Counted from the stretch's first letter, positions 36,852-48,709 are shown. The stretch: DNA of 64,000 nt from Somniosus microcephalus (GCA_052327205.1 CM126222.1:55676001-55740000); one strand, 5' to 3'. Notes: generated by a model from the sequence alone, not told the origin. Made by a program: numbers and translations.

Positions 36852-38902
36852 ATGGAAGGTATGTGAAAAGGAAAAGACTGGCGAAGGTAAATGTAGGTCT
36901 TTTACAGTCAGAGATGGGAGAATTTATAATGGGGAATGAGGAAATGGCAGAGAAATTAAATAAATACTTTGTTTCTGTCTTCACGGAGTAAGACACAAAA
37001 AAACTCCCAGAAATACGAGAAAACCAAGGGCGTGGCGAGAATGAGGAACTTAAAGAAATTATTAATAGTAAAATAACAGTACTAGCAAAATTAATGGGAC
37101 TAAAAGTCGATAAATCCCAAGGACCGGATGACCTACATCCTAGGGTTTTGAAAGAGGTGGCCATTGGGATAGTGGATGCATTGGTTGTCATCTTCCAAAA
37201 TTCTAGATTCTGGAATGGTTCCTGCAGATTGGAGGATAGCAAATGTAACCCCGCTATTTAAGAAAGGAGGGGGAGAGAAAACGGGGAACTACAGACCTGT
37301 TAGCCTCACATCAGTAGTTGGGAAAATGCTGGAATCTATTATAAAGGATGCAATAACTGGGCACTTAGAAACTAATAGTAAGATTGGGCAGAGTCAACGT
37401 GGATTTATGAAAGGGAAGTCCTATTTGACAAACCTATTGGAGTTCTTTGAGAATGTAACTAGTGGAGTAGGCAAAGGGGAACTGGTAGATGTGGTGTATT
37501 TGGATTTTCAGAAGGCCTTTGATAAGGTCCCACACAAGAGTTTGGTGAACAAAATTAGGGCACATGGAATTGGGGGTAATATACTAGCATGGATTGAGAA
37601 TTGGTTAACAGACAGAAAACAAAGAGTAGGGATAAACGGGTCTTTTTCAGGATGGCAAGCTGTGACTAGTGGGGTACCGCAAGGATCGGTGCTTGGGCCC
37701 CAGCTATTCATAATCTATACCAATGATTTGGATGAGGGGACTAAAGGTAAGATTTCCAAATTTGCTGATGATACAAAGCTAGCTGGCAGTGTCAGTTGTG
37801 AAGAGGATGTGAAGAGGCTTCAAAGGGATCTCGACAGGCTCAGTGAGTGGGCGAGAACATGGCAGATAGAATATAATGTGGATAAATGTGAAGAAAAAAC
37901 AGAAAGGCAGAGTATTTCCTAAATGGTGAAAGATTGGGGAATGCAGATGCTCAAAGGGACCTGGGTGCCCTTGTACATGAGCCATTGAAAGTGAATGTGC
38001 AGGTGCAGCAAGCCATTAGGAAGGCAAATGGTATGCTGGCCTTCATTACAAGAGGATTTGAGTACAAGAGTAAAGAAGTCTTACTCCAATTATATAGGGC
38101 CTTGGTGAGACCACACCTGGAGTACTGTGTACAATTTTGGCTACCTTACCTAATGAAGGATATACTTGCCATACAGGGTGACATGAATCAGTCATTCATG
38201 AAAGAAAGACTTATGAAATAATACTGAGCGGCCTGCAGGTGGCGCTGTCCAGGGAGAGTATAAATACTTGGGCACGGGCTCAGCTTGTGCAGGACATTCT
38301 TAACAGGAACTAGTGAAGGACACAACTAGACCTCCGTGTTGTAAAACAGTTGATTAAAGCTTTGTTTAACGCTTAGACCAAGTACCTAGTAGTTTTCTTA
38401 CGTCAGAGGAAGTGCAACGAAGATTCACGAGATTGATTCCTGGGATGGCGGGACTGTCGTATGAGAAGAGATTGAGTAAACTAGGTCTGTATTCTCTTGA
38501 ACTCAGAAGAATGAGAAGGGATCTCATTGAAGCATACAAAATTATTACAGGGCTTGATAGAGTGGATGCTGGGCGAATATTTCCCTTAGCTGGGGAGTTT
38601 AGAACCAGTGGCTACAGCCTCAGGATAAAGGTAGGCCATTCAGGACTGAGATGAGAAGAAATTTCTTCACACAGAGGGTGGTGAATCTTTGGAATTCTCT
38701 ACCCCAGAGGGCTGTGGAGGCTCAGTCATTGGGTATATTCAAAACAGAAGTCGATAGATTTCTGACTAGTAAGGGCATCAAGGGATATGGCGATAGGGCT
38801 GGTGAATGGAGTTGAGGCAGAAGATTGGCCATGATCTCATTGAATGGCAGAGCAAGCTCGAAGGGCCGAATGGCCTACTCCTGCTCCTATTTCTTATGTT
38901 CT
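36852..38902 (+). mobile_element. CR1 LINE, 5'-truncated, interrupted by a solo LTR
   Basis: [32 protein letters not shown] and LVRPHLEYC motifs, several frameshifts, and tail ctcctatttcttatgttct. Confidence 0.93.
38179..38405 (+). mobile_element. Solo LTR (227 bp)
   Basis: TGAC..GTCA inverted termini, internal tataaata and attaaa, and degenerate 5-bp TSD caggg/gagga. It splits the CR1 codons DILAI|EEVQRRF. Confidence 0.75.
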
Positions 38903-39387
38903 AAGGGCGAAGATAATTAGAGAAAGAGCCACCCCTAGACCACTCTTACATGCCTCTCATCGGCTGGTTCAGACTGGGATTGGTGGAAGCTTGGGAACAA
39001 GGTCACCCACTCAATCTCTAGATTGCAGTGGATGTGATGCAGGGAGATCCACAGGAAAAAAGAGGGGAGAAAACCAGGCTGGAAGAGAGATTTACACATT
39101 TATTAAAAAGAAAAGTAGCTTGTATACTTTTCTGGCGACGCTGGTCATTCGTGACTAGGACAAGTCATTTGTTACACCAAGTCATTTGTTCTTGCTTAGG
39201 TACTGGCCCTTTCACTGCTTTGGGGATTTTTAATACAAAATTTGTAGTGCTCAGGCAGCAAAACAAACTACACATTGTAAGTGCAGAGACCGACAGGGTG
39301 CACCCTGTCTTAGCCATGACACTGGAGAGGTGAGAGAGAAGTGGGCAGCTTAATTAGAATCTCTTCTGGTGCAGTTCCCTGACTCAC

Positions 39388-39471
39388 CGAAGGTGTTGCG
39401 ACAGAGCAGACAAACTGCAGTGACAGAAAATCCCAGGAGAGTACAGATCCAAAACAAAGGGGACAAAGCAT
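39388..39471 (-). CDS. Candidate alternative first coding exon of the PDGF-like gene
   Basis: ATG..TCG|gtgagt consensus donor; 28 codons ending in phase 0, compatible with exon 2. MLCPLCFGSVLSWDFLSLQFVCSVATPS is moderately hydrophobic and lies in a repeat-free block. Confidence 0.35.
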
Positions 39472-39904
39472 ACCAGAATCATAGATTAATTAAACAGGTG
39501 CACTTAAAATATAAAAACAGGTTTAAAAGTAAAATCGAGTTTAAAAAAAAGATTGTGCTCCTCCAATGATCATTTCCTGCGTTTTTGCTCATATTGAGCA
39601 CCTTCCGTGAGCTGCGGCTAACTTTTAACAACCCAGACACTTTTACTAAGATGACAAAACAAAGCCATTTAAATCTGACTGCAATGTCTTTTTTTTCATT
39701 TCCTTACCGTAGTGCATTGCTTTTTGGAAACCATTGTTGTACAGAAAGGTGTGTGTGTGCGTGCACTCCGGGAGGTGGGGAGAAAGCGAGTGAGAAAGAG
39801 AATGGGAAGATTGCATTGTCCTGGTTTCTGGAATGGCGATCAGGAAATGTTCTACTTTTGCAACACTGTAAAACTTGTCTACTGTACAGACTGTTTTTCT
39901 TTTA

Positions 39905-40525
39905 CTTCTATAACTATCAGGAAAGATTGAACAGGCTGAGGCTCTTTTCTCTAGAGAAGGCTGAGGAGGTGGAGGTGACCTAATAGGGGGTCTTTAAAAT
40001 TATGAAGAGGTTTGATAGGGTAGACGCAGAGAATATATTTCAACTTGTAAGGGAGTCTAAAACTGGAGGTCATAAATATAAGAAGGTCACTAATAAATCC
40101 AATAAAGATTGGATTCAAAAGATTTCAAAAGGGAATTGGATAAATACCTGAAGGAAAAAAAAATGCAGGGCTACAGGGAAAGGGCGGGGGAGTGGGGCTA
40201 GCTGAAATGCTCTTGCAGAGAGCCGGCACGGGCTCGGCGGGCCGAATGGCCTCCTTCAGTGCTCTAACTATTCTATGAAAGAATTTAGGAGAAACTTCTT
40301 TACCCAGAGAGTGGTTAGAATGCAGAACATGCTACCACATGGAATAGTTGAGGTGAATAGCAAACATGCATTTAAGGGGAATCTAGATAAGTACATGAGG
40401 GAGAAAGGAATATGCTGAAGGGTTAGATGAAGTAGGATGGGAGGAGGCTCGTGTGGAGCATAATTATCGGCATAGACCAGCTGGGCCGAATGGCCTGTTT
40501 CTATGCTGTGAATTCTATGTAATTC
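39905..40525 (+). mobile_element. CR1 3' fragment with a second CR1 tail nested at ~40110-40277
   Basis: YNYQERLNRLRLFSLEK..HKYK..NKSNK resumes as EFRRNFFTQRVV after 40278; two gggccgaatggcc tails. Confidence 0.8.
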
Positions 40526-41116
40526 ACACAAAGCACAGCTGCAATACCAGCAATTGAGGGTTGTACGGAAAATGCATTCATTTCTTTAAAAAAAAAGAGA
40601 AAATATGCATGTTGGCAACTGAGCAAAATTAGTAGGCAAGATAACAGAGTTAGAGAGGAACAGACAGAAAGTAACAGTGATGAAGCAACAGAAGTTGGGG
40701 AGAAACAGAGGTAAAGTTCCACATAAAGGAACAGTTTGAAACAACACAGTAGGACACAAGAACAGTAAGAAGTTACAAGAACAGAAAGTGTTGCAAAGAA
40801 ATAGGAAAGCTACAGTCAGTTTTTCTGCAACTCTTTCTTTTCCTGCCCAAACAATTCAGCCAAACCACGGTCCCACAAAACTGAAATTGACTTTGGTCTA
40901 AAACTATTTTTAAAGGTCACATTTCAGCAAATATGATTTTCCTGTATTATGGATTATAATGAAATTAAAATGATAAATTCTTCACCAAATGTTAAATGTT
41001 TCTAAGTTGAAGTGATTTCTCATGAAACCATGCCTTTTATACCCTGAAAATAGTTCAGCCATCACCAACATACTTGCAATATAAGCCAATCGATTCACAT
41101 TCTGGTATCAGACAAA

Positions 41117-41319
41117 GGGGGCAAAATTCCCCTCGTTTGCGCCTCTGGTGGGAGGTACGCTTCAAGAGGCAAGTTGAGCCCTTGATTTAGCGTTCCACTT
41201 CCCTCTTGGAGCAAAAAGAGGGAATTTAACTAATGTTTGAAAAGGTTAGCGCCTGGTGCTAACTTTCCAAACACTTTTTACTTAGTGCCCCAAACATACT
41301 CTCGGGGAATTTCACCCCC
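41117..41319. mobile_element. Small MITE (203 bp), PIF/Harbinger-like
   Basis: TIR gggggcaaaattcccc / ggggaatttcaccccc, flanked by AAA on both sides. Confidence 0.7.
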
Positions 41320-41393
41320 AAAATATATAAATATTCTGGGATGTGGCCTGAACTCTCCTGACTCCCTGACTTTACAGTAAAAAAAAAACCTTA

Positions 41394-41757
41394 GGCTGGA
41401 ATTTGCGATGGGTAATAACGGCGAACTAATAGCGTTCACCATTATTACCCCTTTGAAACTGACCGCAACTTCAGGGTGTAACGTTTGCGCATCTAAACGC
41501 GGAAATCCTGAAGCTGCAGTCAGTCATTCACTGCTCCGACACTGCCTGCGCTGTGGCCTCCCCTCAGCGAAATAAGTGGAACTGACGAAAACTTGGGCTT
41601 TTCCGTGGTAATATCGCTGTTAAATACCCCATTAAATGTTAAGCCTTGTTGGATTGTAACTGGAGTTTTAACAGCGAAGTGACTGCTAAACAAACGTTAT
41701 GACCCTGAAAAACTAATTTTAATTTTGTGGAGTGCATACACTTCCATTATAAATTCC
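41394..41757. mobile_element. Truncated MITE related to 54007-54784
   Basis: Left end ggctggaatttgcg and internal motifs (tcacc.ttatt, gcggaaatc..gaag.tgc) shared with 54007-54784; right end missing. Confidence 0.55.
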
Positions 41758-42830
41758 CATGTACCCAATAAGGAACAGTAGAGGAGCTATTACGCTACTG
41801 GGTGTATACTATAGGCCACCAAATAATGGGAAAGAGATAGAGGAGCAACTTTGGAGGCAAATTACAGAAAGATGCAAGTACTATAGAGTAGTGATAATGG
41901 AGGACTTCAATTATTCTAATTTAGACTGGGATGGTAATAGTGTAAAGTGCAAAGAGGGGGAGGAATTCCTGAAATGTGTACAAGAGAACTTGCTTGATCA
42001 GTGTGCTTCCAGCCCAATGAGGAAGGAAGCAGTGCTGGATCTAGTTCTGGGGAATGAAGTGGGACATGTTTCAGTGGAAAAGCCTTTGGAAAACCGTGAT
42101 CATAACATCATCAGGTTTAGAATAGTTATGGAAAGGGACAAGGAACAATCAAGCGTAAAAATGCTTAATTGGAGGAGGGTTAACTTCAGTGAGTTGAAAA
42201 GGGATCCAGCCAAGGTGGACTGGAATCAAAAATCGGTAGGCAAAACAATAACTGAACAATGGGAGAGGAGTTGGTTCGGGGACAGGATAGACACAATCCC
42301 ATGAGGGGGAAAGGAAGGACATCTGAAGCTAGAGCTCACTGGATGACTAAAGTTATAGAGGTTAAAACGAGACAGAAAAAGGAGGCTTATGATGAGTGTA
42401 AGGTTCATAATATGGTAGAGAACATAGCTGAATATAGAAAGTATAGAGGAGATCTATAAAAGGGAATAAGAGAGGCAAAGGAGATATTCTTGTGGAGGCA
42501 GAGGGCATGGCTGAGGTACTAAATGAGTTCTTTGCATCTGTCTACACTAGAGAAGAGGAGGCTGCCAATGCAGCAGTAAAGGAGGAGGCAGTAGTGACAT
42601 TGAATAGGATAAAAACAGATAAAGAGGAGGTACTTAAAAGGTTGGCAGCCTTCAAAGTAGAAAAGTCACCCGGTCCGGATAGGATACGTCCGAGGTTACT
42701 AGGGAAGTAACGGTGGAAATTGCAGAGGCTCTGGCCACAATCTTCCAATCCTCTTTGGATATGGGGGTGGTGCCAGAGGATTGGAGGATTATAAATGTTA
42801 CACCCCGGTTAAAAAAAAGGGGAGAGGGAT

Positions 42831-43311
42831 TGTAATGAAATCTGTTTGTCTTGATCCTGTATTCATTTTGCACTCATGTATATTACCCTCCCCCACTGTG
42901 TATAGTTTCACTTCCTCTTTCCCGACTAACCTGGGAGGTTCCAGGTCTTGGCTCTTGGCTCCGCCCCTGACTTCTCTTACATAAAGATCCCAGGATAGGG
43001 GGATTAAATACGTGAGGTTACGGGGATAGGGTGGGATATGTGTTGGTGTAGGGGTTACGGGGATAGGGTGGGATATGTGTTGGTGTAGGGGTTACGGGGA
43101 TCGGGTGGGATATGTGTTGGTGCAGGCTCGATGGGCCGAAATGGCCTCTATCTGCACTGTGGGGTTTCTGTGATTCTGTGATTCTGTGATCTGTATGACT
43201 CATTCCTGTGAACCAGTCGGTGTGTTAAGATGTTAGCTCTGATCTTAGTGATTAAAAGCCAACTTGTTTAAGTCTATAACTTCTAGTTTTGTGGTTATTG
43301 AAGGCGCATCA
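42831..43311 (+). repeat. 5' LTR of Gypsy B (contains an HE1 fragment)
   Basis: Direct repeat of 47077-47363 with an insertion at 42997-43190. Confidence 0.93.
42997..43190 (+). mobile_element. HE1 SINE 3' fragment with an internal 37-bp tandem repeat (~2.8 copies)
   Basis: Matches the 3' part of HE1 at 23831-24149; unit cggggatagggtgggatatgtgttggtgtaggggtta; flanked by gat/gat. Confidence 0.9.
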
Positions 43312-43336
43312 ATTTTAATCACTAAAGAATACTAGG

Positions 43337-46300
43337 ATGGATCGACTCCTAAAACCAGAGCGTCTGGACTTGGATCCACATTCTGCTGAAGCATCAAATC
43401 AATTTGGACACTGGCTCAAATGCTTCGAACTCTTTGCGGGGGCCTCATCCGCTAGCGAGGTAGATAAACTGAGTCTACTGACTACTCGCGTAAGTCATCG
43501 GATTTATTCGTTCATCCGGGACGCCACCTCTTACACAGAGGCCATCACTATCCTGAAGGCCCAATACCAGAGGCCGGTAAACGAAGTGTACGCCAGACAT
43601 CTGCTGGCTACACGCAGGCAGCGACCAGAGGAATCAATGGACGATTTCTTACAGGGCCTAAAGGACCTGGTCCGGGACTGTAACTGCAAGGCCGTGACGG
43701 CCAACGCGTACTCTGACGAATTGGTCCACGATTCCTTCATCACGGGCCTCAAATCGAATTATATCCGGCAGAGACTGCTGGAGAAGGAGGTCCTGGACTT
43801 AAAAAAGGCAGTGGCCACTGCACGATCGCTGGACGTGGCCCAGAAAAACTCTGACTCTTATTCTTCCGGCCATGCGGCCCTCACCACCTCGTGCGCGCCG
43901 AGGGGGCCGCCATCTTGGAATCAGCCATCTTCCCCATCCAGGTCTCAGACCAGCTCTACGCCGCCGGAGTCCCCACACAGAAGGTCACCCAGGAGTCCTA
44001 CTACAGCGGAAATGTCTCGAGGCCCGAAATGCTACTTCTGCGGCCAGGCCAAGCACCCCAGACAACGATGCCCAGCGAAGGACGCTACATGCTTCAAATG
44101 TAAGAAAAAGGGGCATTTTAGCAAAGTCTGCAGGGGGAATCTGATTTCCAACTCCGTCACCGCCTCGTGCGTGCCGTGCGGGCCGCCATCTTGGGATCCG
44201 CCATCTTTTCCCGACTCAACGGCCGCCCAGGGCCCAACAGTGGCTTCGATCACGGTGGATCAATCCAGGCCACACCCGTTGACAAAGTCCATGATGGACA
44301 TACAGGTAAACGGGAATTTAACGAAATGTTTAATTGACTGTGGGAGTACCGAGAGTTTTATCCACCCTAGCCTGGTACGGCGGCACTCATTAACGGTAAC
44401 CCCTACACGGAGCAGAATTGCTATGGCTGCTAAGCCCCACACTTCGGACATTTTGGGCTACTGTGTGGTAACACTGACTGTAAAAGGCACGGACTACAAG
44501 GATTTTAAACTCCTCGTGATGCCAGAACTCTGTGTTAATGTAATCTTGGGCCTGGACTTCCAGTGCCACCACGAAAGTGTCACGCTAGCATATGGTGGGT
44601 CCCAGCCGCCACTCACAGTCTGTGGCCTATCAACCTTAAAAATCAGCCCGCCCTCTTTATTCGCTAATCTCGCTCCGAACTGTAGGCCCATAGTGACCAA
44701 AAGTAGACAGTACAGTCTGGAAGACAGACACTTTATCAAGGCGGAAGTGGACAGACTCCTGCGGGAAGGCATTATTGAATTCAGTACCAGCCCGTGGCGT
44801 GCCCAAGTAGTCATAGTTAAAAATAGCGAAAAGAAACGGATGGTAATTGACTACAGCCAGACTGTTAATATTTATACCCAGCTGGACGCCTACCCTTTAC
44901 CCCGCATATCAGAAATGGTCAACCAGATTGCGCAATACCGAGTCTTCTCGACTATCGACCTCAAATCCGCGTATCACCAGCTCCCCATTAGAACGGAGGA
45001 CCACCCATACACCGCCTTCGAGGCGAACGGGTGCCTCTACCATTTTCTCAGAGTGCCCTTCGGGGTAACAAATGGGGTCTCGGTCTTCCAACGTGAGATG
45101 GACCACATGGTTGACGAGAATAAACTACAAGCTACCTACCCCTATCTGGACAATGTCACTATCTGCGGGCACAACCAGCAAGACCACGATCTAAATCTTG
45201 TGAGATTTTTAAAAACTGCCCTAAAGCTGAATCTAACCTACAACGAAGACAAATGTGTCTTCAACACAACCTGTCTCTGTATCCTCGGCTGTGTGGTGGA
45301 AGATGGGGTAATTGGACCAGACCCTGACCGATTACGCCCCCTAAAGGAACTGCCCCTGCCACACAATCCCAAAGCTTTAAAAAGGTGCCTGGGATTTTTT
45401 TCGTATTATGCCCAATGGATGCCCAATTACTCTGATAAGGCCCGACCCCTCATTAAATCGACGTCCTTCCCACTATCAGCTGAAGCTCGGGAGGTTTTCA
45501 CCAGTATTAAACAGGACATTGAAAGGGCTGCAGTGTGTGCAGTGGACGAATGCATTCCCTTTCAAGTCGAAAGCGATGCGTCAGACTTTGCCTTAGCTGC
45601 GACCCTCAATCAGGCTGGGAGACCTGTGGCCTTCTTCTCCCAAACCCTTCAGGGACCTGAAATCAGGCACTCTTCTGTCGAGAAGGAGGCACAGGCTATA
45701 GTGGAGGCAGTGCAGCACTGGAGACACTACCTAGCCGGCAAACATTTCACCCTGCTCACCGACCAGCGGTCGGTGGCTTTCATGTTTAATAACAAACAAA
45801 GGGGGAAAATCAAGAATGACAAAATACTCAGGTGGAGGATCGAACTATCCACGTTCGACTATGATATTATGTACAGGCCGGGAGCCCTTAATGAACCCCC
45901 AGACGCCCTATCGCGGGGAATGTGTGCCAGCATTCATACGGACAAATTACAGGGTCTCCACAACGACCTCTGTCACCCAACTGTACCATTTTATAAAGTC
46001 CCGCAATCTGCCCCACTCCATCGAGGAGGTCAGGGCAATGACCAGAGCCTGCCGCATCTGTGCGGAATGCAAGCCTCGTTTCTACAGGCCTGACCGTGCA
46101 CACCTTATCAAAGCCCACGGCCATTCGAGTGCCTAAGTCTGGACTTCAAGGGACCCCTTCCCTCTGCCGACCGTAACGTATACTTCCTCAATATAATTGA
46201 TGAATATTCCCGCTTCCCCTTCGCCATTCCCTGCCCAGACATGACCAGTGCCACGGTCATCAAGTGTCTCTGTAATCTATTCTGCATGTTTGGCATGCCG

Positions 46301-47035
46301 AACTACATACACAGCAATAGGGGGACGTCATTCATGAGTAACGAGCTGCGCCAGTTCTTGCTCTTGAAGGGGATAGCCACTAGCAGAACCACTAGCTACA
46401 ACCCCCGGGGTAATGGGCAAGTGGAAAGGGAGAATGCTACTGTTTGGAAGGCTGTCACGTTAGCCTTAAAGTCAAAAGGCCTTCCGACCTCCCGCTGGCA
46501 GGAAGTCCTCCCAGACGTGCTCCACTCCATAAGGTCTCTGTTATGTACTGCCACTAATGCTACCCCTCACGAAAAGATGTTCGTTTTCCCCTGGAAATAC
46601 ACCTCGGGCATATCTCTACCCGCGTGGCTGACGTCTCCGGGGACAGTACTATTGCGGAAGCATGTGAGAGGCCATAAAACGGACCCCCTTGTGGAAAAGG
46701 TACAGCTCCTCCATGCAAACCCTCAGTACGCCTATATCGAATACTCTGACGGGCGAGAGGACACTGTTTCCATAAAAGACCTCACTCCCTCGGGGAGCGG
46801 AGAGAACGATGGGAGACTACCCGATGAAGACCTACACTACAAAGAGACAGGACGCCCAGAGGTATCAATACCCAACTTTAACCTGGAGGACACTGCAGAT
46901 AACCTGGAAGACACTGCGGAGGCCCGGACAGCGGAGGAACCAGAATCCACTCCCCTAGAGGCACCCCAACCGGCTTTGCGCCGATCACTGAGAACTGCAA
47001 AACCTCCTGACAGACTCACTTATACCAACTTTTAA
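43337..47035 (+). pseudogene. Gypsy B gag-pol, open for ~880 codons, then two frameshifts (~45980, ~46115) in integrase
   Basis: Zn knuckles CYFCGQAKHPRQRC and CFKCKKKGHFSKVC, protease IDCGS, RT IDLKSAY and YLDN, RNase H ESDAS, integrase H..H..CRIC, DFKGP and GQVER. Confidence 0.93.
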
Positions 47036-47076
47036 GAAACATCACCCCGATGGACTAAATCTATAGAAGGGGTGAA

Positions 47077-47363
47077 TGTAATGAAATCTGTTTGTCTTGA
47101 TCCTGTATTCGTTTTGCACTCATGTATATTACCCTCCCCCACTGTGTATAGTTTCACTTCCTCTTTCCTGACTAACCTGGGAGGTTCCAGGTCTTGGCTC
47201 TTGGCTCCGCCCCTGACTTCTCTTACATAAAGATCCCAGGATCTGTATGACCCATTCCTGTGAACCAGTCGGCGTGTTGAGATGTTAGCTCTGATCTTAG
47301 CGATTAAAAGCCAACTTGTTTAAGTCTATAACTTCTAGTTTTGTGGTTATTGAAGGCCCATCA
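47077..47363 (+). repeat. 3' LTR of Gypsy B
   Basis: tgtaatgaaa..catca after the PPT; GC box ccgccc, cataaa TATA-like motif and attaaa poly(A) signal. Confidence 0.95.
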
Positions 47364-48709
47364 GGGATAAACCCGGCAGCTACAAACCAGTCAGCTGAAC
47401 ATCGGTGGTGGGGGAACTTTTAGAGACAATAGCCAAGGCCAAAAATAATTGGCACTTGGAAAAGTATAGGCTAATAAATGAAAGTCAGCACGAATTTGTT
47501 AAAGGCAAATCATATTTGATTAACTTGATCGAGTTATTTGATGAAGTAACGGAGTGGGTGGATGAGGGTAGTGCGGTTGGTGTTGTGTATATGGACTTTC
47601 AAAAGGCTTTGACTAAGTACCACATAATAGACTTATTAGCAAAATTAAAGCCCATGGGATTAAAGGGACAGTGGCAGCATGGATACAAAATTGGCTAAGG
47701 GACAGAAAGCAGAGAGTAGTGGTGAACGACTGGAGGGAGGTTTAGAATGGTGTTCCCCAGGGACTACTGCTTTTTTTGATATATATTAATGACTTGAACT
47801 TGGGTATGCAGGGTTTAATTTCAAAGTTTGCAGATGACACGAAACTCGAAAATGTTGTAAATTGTGAGGAGGATAGTACCAGACTTTAGGAGGACATAGG
47901 CAGACTGGTGGAATGGGCAGACACGTGGCAAATGAAATTTAATGCAGAGAAGTGTGAAGTGATACATTTTGGTAGGAAAAATAAGGAGAGACAATATGAA
48001 CTAAATGGTACAATTTTAAAGAGGGTGCAGGAACAGAGAGACCCGGATGTGTATGTACACAAATCTTTGAAAGTGCCAGGGCAAGTTGAGAATTATGTTC
48101 AAAAAGCATATGGGATCCTTGGCTTTATTAATAGAGGATAGAGTATAAAAGCAAGGAAGTTATGCTAAACCTTTATCAAACACTAGTTAGGCCTCTAGTT
48201 AGCTGGAGTATTATGTTCAATTCTGGCACCATACTTTAGGAGGGTGCAGAGGAGATTTGCTAGAATGGTAACAGGGAGGAGGGACTTCAGTTATGTGGAG
48301 AGACTGAAGAAGGTGGGTTTGTTCTCCTTAGAGCAGAGAAGGTTAAGTGGAGATTTGATAGAGGTGTTCAAAACCATGAACAGTTTTGATAGAGTAAATA
48401 AGGAGAAACTGTTTCCACTGGCAGAAGAGTCATGAACCAGAGGACACAGATTTAAAGTGATTGGCAAAAGAACCAGAGACGACATGAGGAAACATTTTTT
48501 TGCATCGCAAGTTGTTGTGATCTGGAATGCACTGCGTGAAAGGGTGGTGGAATCAGATTCAGTAGTAACATTCAAAAGAGAAAGGAAAAAAAATACAGGG
48601 CTATGGGGAAAGAGCAGGTAAGTGAGACTAATTGGATAGCTCTACCAAACTGTGGGCACAGACACGGTGGGCCTAATGGCCGCCGTTGGTGTTGTATTAT
48701 TCTATGATT

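Larger units (their letters stand above)
42831..47363 (+). mobile_element. Gypsy LTR retrotransposon B, full length, no tRNA PBS
   Basis: TG..CA LTRs (287 bp, 7 substitutions apart from a 194-bp SINE insert in the 5' LTR), perfect 5-bp TSD gggat, PPT agaaggggtgaa (47065-47076), order gag-PR-RT-RH-IN. Confidence 0.95.
41765..48690 (+). mobile_element. Decayed CR1 (EN and RT) split by Gypsy B
   Basis: GVYYRPP, EDFN, LDLVL and DHN before 42830; KKGERD|KPGSYKPVS continues across the LTR element; DFQKA, FADD and the 3' tail follow 47369. Confidence 0.9.

Noticed and set aside
39292-39309. Perfect 18-bp palindrome gacagggtgcaccctgtc
   Set aside because: Roughly 0.25 such palindromes are expected by chance in 64 kb; no other support.
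42811-42830. Polypurine tract immediately before the 5' LTR of Gypsy B, suggesting a tandem element
   Set aside because: It is host CR1 coding sequence (KKGERD) that continues after the 3' LTR; the gggat TSD confirms a single insertion.
43021-43122. 37-bp direct repeats of CRISPR-like length
   Set aside because: Head-to-tail with no spacers, derived from an HE1 SINE in eukaryotic DNA.
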